This document shows, piece by piece, positions 54,003 to 64,000 of a stretch of DNA of 64,000 nucleotides. Both the position numbers and the translations under genes were made by a program. This stretch comes from the human T2T-CHM13v2.0 reference genome, Homo sapiens. Below the pieces are notes generated by a model. It searched no databases, had not been told where the DNA came from, and saw only the letters and a list, made by a program, of their open reading frames with translations. Within the stretch, counting starts at the first letter, position 1. Each line of letters starts with the position of its first letter. Location of the stretch: NCBI RefSeq assembly GCF_009914755.1, contig NC_060940.1. The stretch is one strand, 5' to 3'.

Positions 54003-55878
54003 CTTTTTTGTTTGTTTGTTTTGAGACAGTCTCACTCTGTCACCCAGGCTGGAGTGCAGTGATCTTGGCTCACTGCAACCTCTGCCTCCCAGGTTCAAGC
54101 AATTCTCGAGCCTCAGCTTCCCAAGTAGCTGGGATTACAGGTGTGTGCCACCAGGCCCGGCTAATTTTTTGTATTTTTAGTAGAGACGGGATTTTGCCAT
54201 GTTGGTCAAGCTGGTCTTGAACTCCTGGCCTCAAGCAATCTGCCCGCCTTAGCCTCCCAAAGTGCTGGGATTACAGGCATGAGCCACTGCGCCCAGCTCC
54301 TGCCTTTGTTTATCACTAGCTTGGACAAGTTCCTTAACCTCTCTGAGCCTCAGTTTGCTCCCTTATCTGGAAACTGGGATAATAATTCCCACTCACAGGT
54401 TCTAACTCACAGGGCACACCCACCAAGTGCCCTGACCCCTCCTATGAGGCCTCTCCTGGGCTTGTCAAGGGTTGCCCCAGTAACATATAATGCCGCCAAC
54501 CAATGGCAAAGACTCAATGTCCCATGAGCCTGTGCCTGGAGCCCAGCCCCATGCCCCGGCTACACATGTGCTCCCAAGAGATCTGGTACCTTTGCTCAAG
54601 CATGACCCAGTGTTGTCCAGAAAACCACACAGTGGGGCCCATTCAGAACAGAGGCAAGGGTGCTGGGCGCAGTGTCTCACACCTGTAGTCTTAGCACTTT
54701 GGGAGGCTAAGGTGAGGGGATCGCTTGAGGTCAGGAGTTCAAGACCAGCCTGGGCAGCATAGCAAGACTCCTGTCTCTACAAAAAAATACAAAAATTAGC
54801 CAGGCAAGGTGGTGTGCACCTGTAGTCCTAGCTACTCGGGAGGCTGAGATGGGAGGATTACTTGAGCCTGGGAGGTCAAGGTTTCAGTGAGCTGTGATCA
54901 CCCCACTGCACTCCAGCCTGGGTGACAGAGTGAGATCCTGTATTTAAAAAAAAAAAAAAGGCCGGGAACGGTGGCTCACACCTGTAATCCCAGCACTTTG
55001 GGAGGCTGAGGTGGGCAGATCACAAGGTAGGAGTTTGAGACCAGCCTGGCCAACATGATGAAACCCCATCTTGAACCCGGGAGGTGGAGGTTGCAGTGAG
55101 CTGAGATTGCGCCACTGCACTCCAGCCTGGGCGACAGAGCAAGACTCTGTCTCAAAAAAGAAAAAAAAATAGTACTTAAGAAAAAGATTAATAACGTTAT
55201 CATTATTGTTAAAATACCTGTTCATTAGAAAACTTGAAGCAGATCATAAATGAACAAAGAAGAAACCAACAAACCACCCTATTTTACCACCCAGAAATAA
55301 CTATGACTGTTAACATTTAGTGAGCATCATTCTAGACACCTGATCAGATAAATAGAAAAAGATTTTATGACAATCAATTAATACTAGATATCCTATTTTT
55401 AAAATTACATTTAACTTTATTTGAATTTAACAAAAGGAACAGAAATAGAAGTTTAATTGAAAGAACTGTGGAACTTCAGATAAATGTTTCTTCACTATAA
55501 ATAATATTTCCTGTAAGATTCTTCCAAGTTTAAAAAAAAAGATTTGAAAACCATGAAGGATAAACTCATTATTTATTTATTTATTTAATTTTATTTTTGT
55601 GAGACAAGAGTCTCGCTCTGTTGCCCAGGCTGGAGTGTAGTGGCACAATCTTGGCTTAATGCAACTTCCACCTCCCAGGTTCAAGTGATTCTCCTGCCTC
55701 AGCCTCCCGAGTAGCTGGGATTACAGGCGCCTGACACCACACCAACTGATTTTTGTATTTTTAGTAGAGGGTTTCACCATGTTGGCCAGGTTGGTCACAA
55801 ACTCCTGACCTCAGGTGATCCGGCTGCCTCAGCCTCCCAAAATGTTGGGGTTACAGGTGTGAGCCACTGCGCCTGGCC

Positions 55879-56559
<681 letters not shown>

Positions 56560-56803
56560 TAAATTATTTAATCTTAGATTGATATTTAAATATTTTCAAT
56601 GGTAGCCAACTATGTATTTATTTATTTGTATTTTTTATTTTTAGAGATGAGGTCTCATTCTGTTCCCCAGGCTGGAATGCAGTGGCTCAGTCATGGCTCA
56701 CTGCAGCCTTGACCTCCCAGGCTCAATCTCCTACCCCAGCCTCCCGAGTAGCTGGTACTACACGTGGGCACCACCATACCCAGTTGATTTTGATTTTTTT
56801 TTT

Positions 56804-57360
56804 AATTTTGCCAGTAGAAACCCCGCTATTGGCCTCGTGTGGTGGCTCATGCCTATAATACCAGCACTTCCAGAGGCCGAAGATCACTTGAGCCCAGGAG
56901 GTCGAGGCTGCATTGAACTATGACTGCACCACTTCACACCAGCCTGGGCAAGAGAGCAAGACCCTGTCTAAAAAAAGAAAATAAACCCAAACCCAGCCAT
57001 TGATGCCATCCATTCCCCCAGGATCACTGGCCAGTGAAGTCTACTAACATGTTCCTCGGCCATCTGAAGCCATACACACTGCTGGGCACTTCACTTCTGG
57101 GATTTTCAGTAACCAGATCCACTGCAGCTTGGGGAGCTTGGCTTTTTGGTGATTGCTGATCCCAAGGCTGACCCTGAGCTTCTCACAGAGGCATTTTCCG
57201 TTCACTCGCCCAAGTTGGTCAGTGTCAATCAGACTCCTCTGTTCTATATCGATGTTGCCATCCCACATAACAAGAGTTCAATTATTGGGTGCCTTGCAGT
57301 GGGTGGTATCCCAGAAAAAGCCTCCATCCAGTGGCACTAACTTCCCCTGGGAACCGCAGG
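56804..57360 (+). pseudogene. Highly diverged processed pseudogene fragment of RPSA (40S protein uS2/laminin receptor), split by an Alu monomer at ~56831-56985
   Basis: Translations AGHFTSGIFSNQI and LLVIADPKADPELLTEA..PLFYIDVAIP match RPSA AGRFTPGTFTNQI and LLVVTDPRADHQPLTEA..PLRYVDIAIP. Intronless, with stops and frameshifts. Confidence 0.8.
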
Positions 57361-57708
57361 AAGCTGTGCTTGTCATAAGGGCTGTCCACAGGTTTTCTAG
57401 TTCTTCTCCCAAGCATGTGGCAAGAGTTGGCTTCTCTAACCCCTTTAATTAGTTATGGCTATCTCTGTAATATATATACATATTTTTTGAGACGGAGTCT
57501 CGCTGTCGCCCAGGCTGGAGTGCAGTGGCGCGATCTCGGCTCACTGCAGGCTCCACCCACCGGGGTTCACGCAATTCTCCTGCCTCAGCCTCCTGCGTAG
57601 CTGGGATTACAGGCGCCCGCCACCTCTCCTGGCTAATTTTTTGTATTTTTAGTTGAGACGGGGTTTCACCGTGTTAGCCAGGATGGTCTCAATCTCCTGA
57701 CCTCGTGA

Positions 57709-57930
<222 letters not shown>

Positions 57931-58144
57931 TAATTTTTGTATTCTTTTGCAGAGACACAGCCTTGCCAAGTTGCCCACGCTGGCCTTGGGCTCCTGGGCT
58001 TGAGCAGTCTGCCCAACTCAGCCTCCCAAAGTGTTGGGATTACATGCATGAGCCACCTTGCCTGGCCAGGGTTAGCTATTTGACAGGTCAATAAAATGTG
58101 AGCTGAATTGACATGTCACTTCTAGGCAGAAGCTATAAAAACCG

Positions 58145-58482
58145 CCTTCTTCTTCTTCTCCTTCCTCCTCCTTCTCCTCCTTCCTCCTCCTCCTTCCTCC
58201 TCCTTCCTTCTTCTCCTTCCTCCTCCCTCTTCTTCTTCCTTCTTCTTCTTTCTTCCTCTTCTCCTTCCTTCTTCTTTCTTCCTTCCTTCTTCTTTCTTCT
58301 TCTTCTCCTTCTTCTTCTTCTTCTTCCTTTCTTCTCCTTCTCCTCCTCCTCTTCTTCTCCTTCTTCTCCTTCTTCTTCTTCTTCTTCTTCTTCTTCTTCT
58401 TCTTCTTCTTCTTCTTCTTCTTCTTCTTCTTCTTCTTCCTTTCTTCTTCTCCTTCTCCTCCTCCTCTTCTTCTTCTTCTTTT
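58145..58482. repeat. Polypyrimidine (CTT/CCT) tract with a pure (CTT)~23 core at 58369-58437
   Basis: Read directly; occupies the tail position of the antisense Alu at ~58483-58758. Confidence 0.95.
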
Positions 58483-58799
58483 TGAGTTTCACTCTTGTTG
58501 CCAGGCTGGAGCACAGTGGCATGATTTTGGCTCACGGCAACCTCTGCCCCCCCGGTTCAAGCGATTCTCCTGCCTCAGCCTCCTGAGTAGCTGGGATTAC
58601 AGGTATGTGCCACTGTGCCTGGCTAATTTTGTATTTTTAGTAGAGACAGGGTTTCTCCATGTTGGTCAGGCTGGTCTCAAACTCCCGACCCCAGGTAATC
58701 CACCCACCTTGGCCTCCCAAAGTGCTGGGACTACAGGCATGAGCCACCACACCTGGCCCTTTTTTTTTTTTTTTTTTTTTGAGACTGAGTCTTGCTCTG

Positions 58800-62750
<3,951 letters not shown>

Positions 62751-64000
62751 GGCAACGGGACTCTAACTCCCGGCATCCTCGGCTCCCGGCTGGGCACGCC
62801 CTCCGCCGTCCTGTTTGTAGTTCCCGCTGTCCCCAGCGTCCTATTGTTCCCCCGTAGCATCAGTGGCCGCAGGACTACAACTCCCGTCGAGCCCTGCGTG
62901 CGTTCGTCCTGGAAAGTGGAGGTGGTGGAGGAAGGAGGGGGAAGGGGGCGGGGTTCCTCTGGGAGAAGGAGGGAGTAAAGAGGGGGAGGAGGAGGAGGAG
63001 GAGGGAAGGAGGAGGGAGGGGAGGGGAGGGGGGAAGAGAGGAGGAAGGAGGAAGGAGCTGAGGAGGGATGAGAGAGGCGGCCAGGGCCCCGGGCCGTAGC
63101 AGCGCGGGGCTGGGGGACCAGGGGGGCTGAGACACCCCAACTGCCCCCTTCCCCTTTCCCTCTCCCCCTCTATCCTTTCCTTCCACCCTCCCGCTTGAGG
63201 AGGGGGATTTATTCAAATTTTATTTAAATCCCTATCTCCCGAGGGTCGCGCGCTTGGGGGAGGGGGAGAGGTCGGGGGTGCGCGCGGGCTGGGGGGGGCG
63301 GGGCCGGAGCAGCTTCCTTCACCTCCCCCTCCGCTCGCCTCGCAGCCGTAGGGCAGGGGGTCGCAGTCCAGGGGCGGGCCCAGGGGAGGGGGGCAGGTTA
63401 CAGCGACCCCCCCCTCCCCGGGAACCGGCGGTGGGCGGGCTTGAACCCCGGAAACGGTGGGGGGGGCCCAGGCCTGGCACTGGACCCCTGGGCAGTGGGG
63501 TCCGGGAAGGGGCCAGTTAAAGGGCCAGGGGCGCTGGGGAGAGGCGGGGCGGGGTGGGGGGAGGGGAGCTGGGACTCGGACCCGGGACTGAGTGGGCCCC
63601 GGGCAGAAGCTGAGCACCCTGCGCCCAAGGAGCCCCCGTTGGCCTGGGGGGGCTGAGGGACTGAGCCTCCCAGAGCAGGACCTCCCCCTGGAAGGGCCGC
63701 GCCGCAGCCCGTGGGAGGGCCTCGCCCCCGGCGCCCCCCATCTCCACTCGCCGCCGTCCCGGCCTCCGCCGGAGGGAGGGGCCGAGCGCCCTCGGGGGGC
63801 CGTGGACCCCGGCGTTCTGAGCGTTCCGCGCCCCGCGCCGCCCGGCCCCCCCGCCGCCGATGGCCGCCGACCCGCCGGGAGCTGCCGAGAAGGGAGAGAT
63901 GGCTCCCGGGACACGTGTGAGGTGGGTTCATGCGGCTCCTCCTCACCCCCAGACCTGGGCAGCGCCCACTCCCATTCATCCTCAGCCCGGCCTCTCTCTA

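Noticed and set aside
58113-58586. Poly-S/E/R/K ORFs
   Set aside because: Translations of the CTT/GAA microsatellite.
58760-58780. FBXL19-AS1 3' end possibly coinciding with a genomic A-run (internal priming)
   Set aside because: Depends on recalled annotation coordinates that I cannot verify from the sequence.

Overview
Human (primate) genomic DNA, recognisable as the Alu-dense 16p11.2 locus BCL7C - CTF1 - CTF2P - FBXL19 5' end. It opens with the 3' part of a defective HERV-H provirus (gag/pro/pol/env remnants, LTR7B-like 3' LTR). A CpG island carrying MIR4519 follows at ~14.2-15.1 kb. BCL7C has a complete 6-exon CDS on the - strand (217 aa), with MIR762 antisense over its start codon. CTF1 (cardiotrophin-1) has 3 exons on + (201 aa). 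Its tail-to-tail paralog CTF2P (neuropoietin) lies on -, with a single exon-3 frameshift. The window ends in the FBXL19/FBXL19-AS1 CpG-island promoter. Most ORFs in the ORF track are Alu or GC-rich artefacts. The least expected structures are: (1) a ~1 kb strictly alternating array of ZNF143/THAP11-type ACTACAnnTCCC motifs and fixed-spacing GCCATCTT-N4-GTAGT composites in the FBXL19 promoter; (2) an otherwise intact CTF2P predicted to give an NMD-escaping, signal-peptide-bearing 167-aa product; (3) overlapping convergent poly(A) signals for CTF1 and CTF2P; (4) an Alu-bracketed duplication of a ~240-bp unique segment with a perfect DR1 and STAT/kB-like sites; (5) a very old RPSA retrocopy split by an Alu monomer. 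Gene names come from recognising the translated sequences; no searches were run.
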